A DNA stretch of 64,000 nt from Paraphysomonas bandaiensis (Eukaryota > Protista > Chrysophyceae), in assembly GCA_965644295.1 (NCBI GenBank), contig CBFFRP010000410.1:124001-188000 (forward strand). Reading direction: 5' to 3'. Made by a program: the position numbers and the translations under genes. Shown one piece after another: positions 1-12,198 of the stretch; the stretch's first letter is position 1, and each line of letters opens with the position of its first letter. Below the pieces are notes generated by a model. The model saw nothing but the letters and a program-made list of their open reading frames with translations. It ran no database searches and was not told the origin of the DNA.

Positions 1-2134
1 CAGTACTGACATCAGATTCTATTCCTGTACGTCTCACTATGTCTTGCACATCTGCCAGCAGCTCAACTGTATTCACGGTTTCATCATCTCGAACAATATC
101 GCTGTCGTCGGTGTGATTCTTCGTATACGGACTCTCAATACAGCTATCATCGGTATCGACAAGCGCGTCGCCCCGAAGACTGTCCTGTACTGATGATACA
201 GGACTGTCAGTGCATTCTTTATTTGAACCGTGTTCTCCAAGGAGGGCATCAACAGAGCGCATAAGTACAATCGTGTCAACAGACTCTCTGGATCCAGGAC
301 CACGAATGTCATTGCTGTCATCTGGTGACTGGAAGCTCTCTTCCCTCCGTCCTGACTCCGAATAACGAGAAGTGGCATGTTCCGCTTCAAGTTCCCGCAT
401 CATAGCCTCGATATCAGAAGAATCGGCAGTCATGCGTCTACCCTGAAGGCCATCTAGAGACTTCTCACCTGCGGTACTGTTGTCCAATTCACTGGTGTCC
501 TGCAAAAGTCCTTCTATTGCTGCAGACCCTCCTGTAAATGTCTCGCGTCGATTTGACTTGCCAACACTCTTCTCTCCCTTTGAGGAGCGCCTACTCTTAG
601 ACTGTGAATTGCGCGAATTACTGGCAACAGATATATTCGCATTCATATCACTATTGGTGACAGTCCTCGCAAACCTCGGCGACCTCCTCGGTGATGGAGC
701 AACAACACTGACAGATGACTCACGTAAGGGGCTAATCATCACCGATTCGTTAGTATCATTGCAAGAATCATTGATAGAATCATCGTCCATATGCCTCATC
801 ATGCTCTGGATGTCATCCGGCTCGGCAGTGGCATGACTCTTGTTCGTGTCAAGGTCAAATGAATCATTAACAAGATGAAAATCATCTCCAGTGGAAACTA
901 CACTATCCGCAGCACTAGACTGAACACTTGATCTACGTTTGTTCTTGCGAGAGGTACTTCGGCGTTTTACAGCAGCAACTTTCGATACAGAGGTGTCTGT
1001 ATCATCACTTTCAGATGTATTTGCACGAGAGAATCTCGGAGACCTTCTTGGTGAGGGTCTGATATCACTCTTCTCCGCTGGAGACTCGTATCCATCCATA
1101 GTACTGACTTCTTCTGACTGAGGTATGTTGCCTACACTGCTAGAAGTGCTGGTATCAGCTTCCTCCTCTTCGAGCTCCCGCATCATAGCCTCTATATCAG
1201 AGGGGTCGGCAGTCATGCGTCTAGAGGGGCGAGACGATGACATTTTACCTTCGTCAAACATCTGGCTAGTATTCGTACTGTCGTCCAATTCACTGGTGTC
1301 CTGCAAAAGTCCCTCTATTGCTGCAGACCCTCCTGTAAATGTTTCGCGCCGTTTTGACTTGCCCGAACTCTTCTCTCCCTTGGAGGAGCGCCTACTCATG
1401 TTCTGAGACTGTGAACTGTTCAGATTACTATCAACAGATATATTCGCGCTCATTTCGCCTGTGGCAATATGACTGGTGTTAAGCTCACTGATATTGCTGA
1501 CAGTACTATTGTTAGTATCTTCTTCAGTCTCCAGTTCACGCATCATCGCTTCAATATCGGACGGGTCAGCTGTCATGCGTCTGTCCACTCTCTGTGTACT
1601 GATATTTAAATCAGCATCGCTCGTATCACAGAGCATACTTTCCATTGCATCAGTCCCTCCAACAAATGTTTCACGCCTCTTCTTAGTGGTTGACTTGCCC
1701 GTTGATGGACGATAAGGCATATCACCAATCTGAATTATGGGTGATGTTTCAGCTGCTCCAAGCAAGCTTCCAAGACCATGTGAATCTTCCTCGGCATAGT
1801 TATTTTCTTTCGAGCTTGAATTTTTCAAGTTTGATTTATTAGCACTCTTCTTACTGGAGCTTCGTCTGAGTGAGTAGTATATATATGAGTGGATATATAT
1901 GAGACTATCGTATCAACACACCTCAATTGAGTCTCTGCACGTGATAAGTTATCAATGATACTAAGTATCTGTGTTCTCCCACTCCCTGGAGTCTTTGGTG
2001 ATTTCATTGGTGATTTTCCTCTTGGTGTATGGTGCTGTTCGTGTTATATTATTAGAGTTAACTATACAAACAAGTAGGATATCAAACACCTTCTTATTTC
2101 CCGTGACAAGGACATTTTCATCCTGGATTTCCAT
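1..2134 (-). CDS. Large Ser/Asp-rich disordered repeat protein, 5' part (continues beyond left edge); possibly KNL1/Spc7-like scaffold
   Basis: ATG at 2134 (MEIQDENVLVTGNKK), two GT-AG introns (about 2035-2089 and 1867-1922), then a stop-free minus frame to base 1. Repeats: RRMTAD(P/S)SDIEAMMRELE x3, RRETF(T/V)GG x3, SPRRSPRF x2. The + strand ORFs at 480-1715 are its antisense shadow. Confidence 0.8.
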
Positions 2135-2591
2135 ACTACTCTATAACAGCTCAATGAAAGAATGTCAGAGAGCTGCAAATCAAGTAATCTAATCAAGTAG
2201 ATGGTAGTATATTACCAGTTAGTTATTATGAACTGACTAACTATGTAAGTTATGTATATATACAGAGATTTTCGACTTGATATAAACGGGTAGAAAGTTA
2301 GAAATTCACTGACTGAAAAGTTCACTTCATCAACGTCTACTTTTTAACTTTTTATATGATGTGATTTTTTTTCTTCGAATCTTAAATAGACATTTTTTCA
2401 GTACTTCAACTTTCAGTGTAATAATAATCTCATACAGAGTATTCCTCCTATACATACAGTGTATCTTCTTACACTCGACAGTACGGACATCAGCTTACGT
2501 GATATCTCATATCTAAGCCAAGCCATATGTAGAGTATGGTATATACCCATATATATATCCACACACTCACATCTATTTACAATATCACATC

Positions 2592-4310
2592 ATGTCATCA
2601 TCAAATGGTTTCTTTCGTGTTGCTTGTGCTGATGCTGCACGTATCGTATCCATCTTATCATTAGAGAGCATGGATATAACGAGACCCAGGCAACTTAACT
2701 CCATATGGCGTAATATATACGAGAAGTCCGTATTCTTCTTTCGTTTCTTTTATATGGTTTTCTATAAAGGATTTACACCAACTGTATTTGATTTATTACC
2801 GTTTCCTGTATGGTATGCTCTCACTATTGGGATATATACGTACAGGTTGACTATACTGCCGATCATACTACGAATCACCGGCTACGGCCGCTATGCAAGC
2901 TGGACAAACCCTCAAATAGGTAGTTATCAGCCTAAGAAACATTCAATGGAAACAACTTCAATTGCAAATGTGTCTTTGACGAAGACAGGACGGCTTGCCT
3001 CACTTGATTTTGGTGATAAAGATTTCGAGTTGATGCTGAGTGAGTTATACCAAAAAACAACGCATTTGAGTCCACACTCTCAGTCACCCGGCCATCCTCT
3101 TGTTGCTGGGTTTCCAGGAAATTTTATGGATCACTTGGCGGGTGTATACAAGATTCTAGTTGGTATGTGAGTGTGGCGTGACATATATGCATTGATGCTT
3201 ATTTAAAACCGTAACTAGTTTTGGTCTTGTTATTCATACATATATCGTGTAGCATGGAAGCAACCGCAATATGTTGCTCGGGGTGGGCTTTTTCACTCTG
3301 TGTATGGTACATTCGACTATCGTGCAGGGTGCTTCGATCTCCGTGATGGCCGGGACGACTTGCGTACACTTATTGGACCTGCTGCAGAGGAGCTTGCATT
3401 CGCAATTTGTACATCGGACAGGTTAGGCCTTCTTCCTGACCTATATGAGGCAATGTACGGGCTAGATGCGATATCAAAGTATGGCAGTATCAAGTCTGGC
3501 GTTAAAGTAGACCCCACAGATGGTAATCCTCTCCCTCCACTCAAGACTATGCTACAAGAAGACGGATTTCCTGTACGCAACCATATTACGCAAACGCGAC
3601 ACCTGATACCGGCAGACTTCTTCGCGCAGTTTATTGTTGTTTTCTGTGCAGACTTTATGGATCAAGGTGCTCTCAGCAGTGCATCAAAAGACATGGACTT
3701 ATGCCTCTTCCAGTTTCTTCGATACCGGTTTTTCAACGATTTGCTCCGATTTGTATCGCCTTTTCTCAGAGTGGTTCCTCCAGCGTTCAAGAAGCACATG
3801 TGGGACAAAGAATTTTTTGAGCCCACCAGGACAGAGATCAAGCGTTTCAAACAACTCTGGAATGTTGTTTTCAATACCAGGAATGAACCCGTATCAGTAC
3901 CGGCAGAGGACAGGGACTTTCTTTATAACATGGTGGAGCGGTATCCCTATATGGCAGAGCCTAGAATGGCACTGGCATGTACAATGAAGAAGAATGAAAT
4001 ATATCAGGTAAATGGAATTTTATATTTGTGCAGTATATCGTCGTTTTATACCTTCGTGTGAAGCATTTGTGAGTACCACAAAGTGCAATCTGTTTCAGTG
4101 TTCCCCATATTTGCTTTCTGTTCTATTGTACAACACCGAGCAACTGTTTAAACAGTTACGTATCTTATATATATGTTGATCTAGGGGTACACTCGGAAGC
4201 TACTGGCTGCATCATCGCGTGATCTTATGGAAGACTGGGGGACAATGACCTTCAAAAAAGTTTCAATGAAAGACGTATTACACAAAATATCGCTATTCCT
4301 TGAAGATTGA
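2592..4310 (+). CDS. DUF6817-like (HD-fold-related) protein with hydrophobic N-terminal extension
   Basis: Spliced motif NFMDHLAGVYKILV|AWKQPQYVARGGLFHSVYGT...GRDDLRTLIGPAAEELAFAIC matches the family pattern HLxGVxxILxxW...GLFHSxYGT. Introns about 3164-3252 and 4008-4184, plus a possible in-frame intron 2920-2988. TGA at 4308-4310. Confidence 0.75.
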
Positions 4311-5339
4311 TTCAATCATAGTGTTCAGCCATTGCTGCCCACAGCTATACTGTTTTAATTGTCCTTAATATACATGGTATAAGCTTGGATTAATAGAAAA
4401 AGAAGAACGTTAAAATAGTACTTATTATACTGAAATTACGTGCGAAATAATAGTATTGTGGTAATGACAGGATAATTATGTGCCTTCTTACTGCCTGCTA
4501 GGTTACGAAGCAGTATTACCAATGTGTATGTATCGTGGTGGTGCATATGGGTTTGTTGAGTTATACTGCATGATATGATATCTATATTGTGCAGTTGAAT
4601 GGAGTAGACAGCTGGCTTGCGCAACATTTTATTGGTTTTAAAAGTGATATGTGTGATTATTATTATTGGCTGACTAAAAAATATTATAGATCACAGACAC
4701 AAACAAACCCATTACCTAGGAAGATCGTTGGGGAAAACGAACTAAACGCCTCCACAACGATCGTCGTGATACACAACATATGCTGATATTCAATTGCTTC
4801 GAAATATTTAAACATGGTAGTGTGAATGACTTTGCTATATACCAACAGCAGTGTTTATGTGCATCATGATTGTATATAGCAATACTTATCATTGTTAGTT
4901 CAGGGTGGCATCATATGAACGTAAAGAGGAGCTACCACACAGGGGTTTGTATATAGCAATACAAAAACTGTCCAGTCGGGAAAAGTCTATCCACCTGGGT
5001 GCAGACGTGGACATTGTTAGTTGTTGGAAATATGTAAAAGGCGAGAAAAGCAGTAGTCTGATAGTCAAGATTTAGCGTGATAGGGAAGAAGACCTCAGCA
5101 GCTATAAAAAGAAGTAGTGCGACACTTTTTTATGAATGATGTACTTGCACACGAAGGTACCCTTGATGAAGAGAAAGAGGAGGATGAGGAAGAAGAGACC
5201 AGTTGTGTAATTTTTTACGACAGTGGAAAGCACAGGATACTACCAACATAAGAAGCCCGCGTCGTTTTTAACCCTACTGAATATTTCACTGTTAATAAGT
5301 AGAATTCAATAAATTTCTTAACTTTTAGTAGGAATGTCT

Positions 5340-5731
5340 CCCTCAACAAAATCGGACTCGCACCTTTTCGTGGTGTTCTGGGGGATAAGTACCGGAGTTA
5401 TTTCTCTGGGAAACTAACGTGAGCCGCAAACATAGTCAGCAGATATTCTTCTGCCCACTCATAGCCGAATGCTTGTTTGGTACAGGGGACACCAATAAGT
5501 GTCACTTGTGTAGACGTCTTTGGGCCCTGACGAATAAACAGGCATCCGGGAATGGGTCCACCTCAAGGGCATCCGGGACAGGGCCCACCTGAAGGGTAAC
5601 CGGGGTATTGGGCTGCCTGCTGAAGTCAAGCATCCGGGATGTTCACCTCTTAAGAACTCAGAGCGGAAGTGGTTGCACCTTGGGGCTTGCGGCGACGCAC
5701 AAGCAGCTTTCGTAGCGTTAAATAGTTGGAT
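5340..5731. repeat. Degenerate dispersed-repeat copy with internal ~27-bp tandem units
   Basis: CCCTCAACAAAATCGGACTCGCACCTTTT (5340) recurs at 25155. GTTGCACCTT...GACGCACAAGCAG...AAATAG(T/A)GGATA (5672) recurs at 53261. GCATCCGGGA...CCACCT units at 5541-5650. Confidence 0.55.
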
Positions 5732-7276
5732 AAAAAAAGTGTGTACTGATTAGTTACAGGTAGAGGTCTAACTAGTTTGTCTAGCATTCATCTACTAGCT
5801 ACTAAGTTGGTGCAGGATTTTAACGCCTATTGCTAATAATAAGACTTTCAATATAGTAGGAATGTCTGAAATAATTAGTAGGCGTTTAGCTATCATTTTT
5901 AATTTATAGGGATAGGGTTAGGAAAATTAGTAGAAACAAATAACACTTTTCAGCTTTTATAGTAAATTTAGTAGGGACAAATATAATACCGCACAAGAAA
6001 AATTTGAAAAGTACTGCGAACATTTGCGAGAAGTTGTTTATAGTAGACGATTTTAGCAAGCGAATAAGTTTTGATGTTTCTGCCTGCAAATTGGCATATA
6101 CTTGGGATGAGAATGTAGTTTAAAAAGCTATTCTAAGAAAGCCAGCAGTAGAATTGAAGGCAATTATAATTGCAAAATGCCAATAATGGTATGCTTGTTT
6201 TGGTTATAACAATTGCAACTATTATTGTTGAACTTAGTTATTTTAAGCTACTACATCATGTATGTGTATGTCTATGCAGAATAATATTTTGTAAGATACG
6301 CGGATTAATTAACATAATTCTTTCATAGAAGTATATATTATCTTAGAAGCATTGTGAGCAACAAAAAGCAAATTTAATTTTTACAGGCTAACGGGCACAT
6401 ATCTTTGGCGAAGTGGAGTGTAGACACCCAGCATATGGTCACTGAAAATAAAAGTATCATTGGTCACCTCAATATTGTACGTTCTTACCTCAATAATGAC
6501 ACAAAACAATGGCTCGGCAATCTTAATCACAATGTGCACCTCTCATATATGGCAGAACGCATTGACAAACAGGTCTATCTATCCTCAATCATTCACAATA
6601 AATGTTTGCTTGTAGACAGTATTAATTGCGATCGATTCAGTATTAGTCCATTAGTAAGTTCCATATTCTTGTGTACAGTACGTCAATGGCCTCATGTATG
6701 GGATATATCTGTGTTCAACAACTATGCAACCATATAAATCCAGTTAGGCTTTCATATGTAACTCTGTTCTCCCCATGCTCACTCTAATTAAATAGTGATG
6801 CCCTTAGATGCCATGTAACTTCCTTTATAATTCTTTCACAACATCGGCATGTCTGTCCACTGTCCACTATACTGACGTGAGTCTCACATGACCACATGGA
6901 CACCTGATAGCATCTCCTCATATGCATCATAAGGGAATCTATGGGGGAGATACTCAGGTAGCTTATCAGTACAGTAATATAATACACTGATAGTGTCTGA
7001 TCGGCTGTTATACGTATATGTACCTATAGATAAGAAAACACTACAGAGGAGTGGTGTGTGAGGAAGAGTAGTAGTCTAGGTAAGGTTATTGAATGTGGGG
7101 AAGACGGAAGACATGTGTGATGTATTTCGCATTTCAATATGCTTCCACTTGTTAATGATCACTTGGATTAATAGATATAAATAGCCCCACATACGCCTAC
7201 TGTACACTGCTGTACATGTATGTAGCTACTAGACATGCATATATATAGCTATATGTACTGCTGTGTACTGTACTGG

Positions 7277-8374
7277 GTGACTACCTAAATTGCATAAATA
7301 CATTAAACTGTTGCACCGGGGTAGCAGGAGAAGTATTCTGTGATGACCTACAATTTCCCATCATCATCTGCATATTTTGCCGCTGCCTCATCTGCATATT
7401 TTGCTGCTACAACAACATCATCATCATCATCAGCAGCATATTTTGCCGCTGCCTCATCTGCATATTTTGCTGCTGCCTCATCTGCATATTTTGCTGCTGC
7501 AACATCATCATCATCAGCAGCATATTTTGCCGCTGCCTCATCTGCATATTTTGCTGCTGCAACATCATCATCATCATCATCAGCATATTTTGCTGATTTT
7601 GTTGCTCAATCATCATCTGCATGCAGGACAGTAAAATGGTACTGTTATAGCTACCGTGCAACCCATCCACGCAACTCTTACTTGCTTTCAAGATGGCTCT
7701 ACTCGAGGGGCTATTTCGGCAGTTATTTGGCTTTTCAGTTCTGAGCTTCTTCCGTGGAGGCTCGACAAATGGTTGATTGTTTTGGTCGGCAATTTCATTA
7801 TTACGCTCGTCGTCGGAGATTCTTTCCGAGCCTTCGAGATTTTCCATCTCCAGAAATTCCTCCTCAAGACTGTTTGAACTGTCACTGTCTGAGTCCTCTC
7901 CATAAATGCTCTCGTTTTCCTTGTAGGGAATACGCTGGTAAATCTCTTGAGCACGACGAGTGGTATCATCCATCTCACTGTTTTCAGTGGATTTCCATCC
8001 ATTTTTGCAACATTTCTGCATGAAATATCTCTTAATATGAGAACCTTTACGTTCAATAATCTCATTGGAAGCAATTTTATATCTGTATAATGGATATATT
8101 ATAATAATTCAATGCATATACAGCTAGCTGACCTCTTTGCAACAGTTATCCAGTCATGTTTTGTAGATGGAAGGATATCACTGACGATATTCATTACAAT
8201 GGATTTGTTGTAGTTCGGGACACCCCTAGGTCGACCATTGGTAGATGATGTTACCATATTGGATGAATTCTTATTCCTTAAGTTTAAAATTATGAGTATA
8301 TGTAGATATGTGTACAGTATGTATGGCTCATTACAGCCCTAGATTTTATGTATTTATGCAATTTAGGTAGGCAC
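7277..8374 (-). mobile_element. Putative non-autonomous DNA-transposon segment: Myb/SANT-like gene between inverted repeats
   Basis: CTACCTAAATTGCATAAATACAT (7281-7303) is the exact reverse complement of 8348-8370; the match extends to 27 bp with 1 mismatch. It encloses the DUF6818-like gene. No transposase and no clear TSD seen. Confidence 0.5.
7281..8257 (-). pseudogene. DUF6818-like Myb/SANT-related protein with poly-Met/Gln tail; premature TAG at 7407-7409
   Basis: MVTSSTNGRPRGVPNYNKSIVMNIVSDILPSTKHDWITVAKR|YKIASNEIIERKGSHIKRYFMQKCCK...TRRAQEI fits the GRPxG..NY...ILP...W..VA.RY pattern. Intron 8083-8132. The TAG replaces CAG in one repeat unit and the frame continues to TAG at 7281. Confidence 0.65.
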
Positions 8375-8581
8375 TAAGTGCATAAATACCTAGATTTTTA
8401 GGATCCTAGATTTTTTATGGATTTGCAGTATGTATTTATGCAATTTATGCCGGAATAAAGTGCATAAATACCTAGATTTCTAGGATCCTAGATTTTTTTA
8501 TGGATTTGCAGTATGTATTTATGCAATTTATGCCGGAATAAAGTGTATAAATACCCAGATTTCTAGGATCCTAGATTTTTT
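8338..8581. repeat. Three ~82-bp tandem units, each with a hairpin and a palindrome
   Basis: GTATTTATGCA at 8350, 8432 and 8515, each followed by TG(C/T)ATAAATAC. A TAGGATCCTA(G) palindrome and CCTAGATTTT motifs occur in every unit. Confidence 0.9.
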
Positions 8582-8828
8582 AAAGCAAAGATCCAGATTC
8601 ATCTATTCGAAATTCAGTTCTACCGGTCGTGACTATTAAAGATATGTTTGAACTAATGGCTTGTTGATGATGATGTGTATCTATCCATACACATATGTAT
8701 GTATGGTCCACTACGTACATATATATACACAAGATGGTGCATGCAATGCAATAGAGCGATAACAAACTTGCTCACTAATTCACAATCATCTGAACTTTAT
8801 TGTAGTATTATATTGACTATTCAAGAAT

Positions 8829-10494
8829 ATGTTATACACTCTTAGTGCATTACTATCATTTGCATCGTTGTTTTGCAACTCTGCATATGCACACTATGGA
8901 CGGCTACGAGATGCTCCTGTTGAAAACGGGCTATGCGATCCCACTGTAAAGAGTCTCTCTGGTTACTTCGAAATCAGTCAAACATATGAAAAGAATTACT
9001 TCTATTGGTTCTTTGAATCACGTTCAGAGCCCTCTAATGACCCATTGATTATATGGTTAACTGGTGGTCCAGGATGCAGTTCACAGCTTGCTCTGTTAAG
9101 TGAAAATGGTCCATGCACACCTACTCCAGATGGTCTCGATACTATCCCTAACCCCTACTCATGGAATAACAACGCGAATATCATGTGGATTGATCAACCT
9201 TCTGGTGTGGGGTTCAGTTATGGTGACAAGCGTGGCCTTGATTCTAACGAGACTGAAGTCGCTGAGGACTTGTACAACTTCTTACAGGAGTTTTTCAAAG
9301 CGCACAATGAGTACCTTCCTAATGAATTTTTTGTATTTGGCGAGTCATATGGTGGACACTTTGTCCCTGCTATTTCGTCTCGTATCTATGCTGGAAACAA
9401 GAAGCAGGAAGGCTTACACATTAACTTGCAAGGACTGGGAATTGGAAACGGTCTTACCGACCCTGTGATCCAGTATCAGTACTACCCTCAGATGGCCATG
9501 AACAACACTTACGATATTAAGTGTGTGTCGGAGGAGTCCTACGAGAAAATGCTTGACCACGTTCCGTCATGTACCAAGTTCGCGGAGGCTTGCCAGCTTA
9601 ATGTGGATGCATGTGAGCCAGCCAATACTTACTGCAACCTCTTCGAAACCACTCCCTACTACTCGACTGGATTGAACCCATACGACATTCGCAAACCATG
9701 CGGAGACAGCTCTCTGTGCTATGACTTCAGCAATATTGAAACATTCCTTAACCTTAACTCCACTAGAGAAGCACTTCACGTTAGCGACAAAGCCGGAGAG
9801 TGGACTGAGTGCAACAATGCCGTCAATGCGATGTTTGCAGCTGATTGGATGCGTAATTTCCAGCAGGTACTGATTCATTGCTCTCACTAAGTGCTGTCAT
9901 GTTACATGTGGTATCATTCGTATTATGTATTCGCCGGTAAACTATCCTTGCAACGATATTTAGTGAGATGTAAGGCTGAAACCCGGCACACAAAAATCAA
10001 CTTTGCTGTTGAATGCTGCCCGTAATGATACTGGAGTGATTTATGTATATTTATACCGATTGCTCCTTGTATGTGTTGTTGCGAGCTTCTTACATACACA
10101 ACTGCATAATAGTATATCTATAATTCAACTGTAGAATTATACTAACATTTATCGTGTACCATTGCAGAATCTTATTCCCCTTCTTGAGGACAACGTACGA
10201 GTTCTTATCTACGCTGGTGATGTTGATTTCATCTGCAACTGGATGGGCAACAAGGCCTGGACTATCGATCTACCATGGAGTGGAAAGAATACCTTCTCTT
10301 CAACAGAGGATTACACATGGTCATACAAGGAGAATACTGCTGGGGGACTTGCAAGGTCTGCATCAGCTAGCTCAGGCGAGGGATCTCTGACTTTCCTCCA
10401 AGTATATGAAGCAGGGCACATGGTGCCTTACGACCAACCCGAAGTTGCGCTATCTATGCTCAACACCTTCCTTGAGAACAAGGCTTTTTATTAA
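8829..10494 (+). CDS. Serine carboxypeptidase (peptidase family S10), secreted
   Basis: Signal peptide; WLTGGPGCSS, IDQPSGVGFS, GESYGGH (catalytic Ser), GDVDFICN (Asp), EAGHMVP (His). One intron 9867-10167. Confidence 0.95.
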
Positions 10495-11616
10495 ATAAGC
10501 AGTGAGTGGTTGCATAGCTGTAAGTAGAATGAAATAGAAGTCAGATAAAATTTGCACTGTTGAATAGGTCATATGGCTGCACACTTACTTTTGTGAAAGT
10601 GTTTCATTGCGGCATTACGTGTATTACCTAACGATTATAGCCGACTTGTTAATTTTGTACTAATTAACGGGAGAATTTCCGAAATTTTATTTATGGCCAC
10701 GATATGTTAAAGTACACCCAACTCCTGTACGTTTAGTAGTGCATTAATATCGAGTGCACTATAAATTATATTGAAGTGAGGGTGAAACGCTTGAATTTGA
10801 ACATGCTAAGAAAGAACTACTTCTTATCATATGGTAAATTTGCATCTTATGGCGTCAAGCTTAGTTTTCCCGGTGTCGCAGTGAGTTAAACAGCAGGTTA
10901 AATGTCAATAATATTAATGCTTGTGATGGATGTAGATTCTACTCTACGTACACTAAGTTTGTCTTAATCGTTGTTGTGTGCATGTACTATTTAGTAACCT
11001 ATATAGTATTTGTAATGTAAGTATAGTTATATATAGCTTAACCGTACAGTTGTAATAAAAGAAATGTTGACAAGGTAGCTTTTACTATTCCCAGAACAGC
11101 CCCAACTTCATTCCTTTCTATGAACGGTCTAATGTACTAAATAAGAGTACTTTTACTAATCGATTGGCATATACTTATAATGTCGTATCTTATAATATTA
11201 GCACCATGGATAGCATACGTATAACAAGATATCCAAAGTTGACAAACAATTCAAAAGCTTGAGATTAATGTTCTCCTGATTCATAGATAGCATCGCTCAT
11301 TCCATGTTGGCTTGTGCAGGTCCCGTTTTTCAATTTTATAGCTCTCCAAATACACAGGACAATGACGTATAGAAGTCATATATAATCTCTATCCATTCGT
11401 ACATATATGTCTATTGTCCCAAGAAGCACGCATAAACACTTTTCACTTAAAATATGACCACATGCATTGCAGCGACCTATTAGAACAAGGAGGTGGCTAT
11501 TGGATTGCAATATATCTAGTCCATCTGTTGCAATATATTAGATAAGCAGCTGCTGTCAATATATTTTAACGGTTGAATGGCACTGTATTCTGTGCTCTGT
11601 ATTCTGTAATCGTTCG

Positions 11617-12198
11617 TCAAGTGCTTCCTTGTTTGGCCCCTTGATATTTCCCTCTTGACTCGGGTACCTTATGGGTCTGTTTGATAGCCCGCCATAGCAA
11701 CAAAGGGTCCTTGGTCTTGTTTATTTGCTCGTATTCATCCAATAGTTTAATTGCATCCAACGACCTGTTGCTTAAATGTCTCAGCATGTATCCGTAAAAT
11801 GATGTTCTGTTGTTTTGCATTGCTGCTATATGCCTATCTCTGGACTTGATCTTATGCTTCAGTAGCTCGAGCTCTATACCGTGCGGATCTTTACTTTCAT
11901 CATAATCTTCCCATTCCACTGGAGCTGGCTCGTAATATTCATCCAGTTCCAATAGTCTTGCAAGGTCTCCATACTTCTCCATAGCTTCCACCACCAGCTT
12001 CTGCTTGAATGTCGCCAGGTTGCTATGTGCACCATATCGTAATCTCGGCACTGAATCCGACGTCTCTTCGACTGTTTGCGATGGATGTCTTGCAAATCTA
12101 TTCGGTTTCTTGTTCATAGTCTTCTTCATAAATTCCTCTGACGGATGAAACACCCCCGTTGCCTCGTACAAAGCGTTTCTGCATATATATAACACCAT
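11617..12198 (-). mobile_element. Orphan gag-like ORF of an LTR retrotransposon (Copia-type), truncated
   Basis: NLATFKQKLVVEAMEKYGDLARLL...FYGYMLRHLSNRSLDAIK...KDPLLLWRAIKQTH resembles stramenopile Copia gag. Intronless; no pol or LTR pair recognised. Confidence 0.6.

Noticed and set aside
480-1715. Plus-strand Ser/Leu-rich ORFs
   Set aside because: Antisense shadows of the minus-strand repeat protein; the same applies to shadows over the kinase tail, mastigoneme gene and CCDC40.
4723-4762. Hairpin GATCGTTG...CAACGATC as Helitron end or ncRNA
   Set aside because: Only an 8-bp perfect stem, with no supporting terminus or second copy.
8338-8581. CRISPR-like array
   Set aside because: Units 2 and 3 have identical intervening sequence, there are no cas genes, and the context is eukaryotic.
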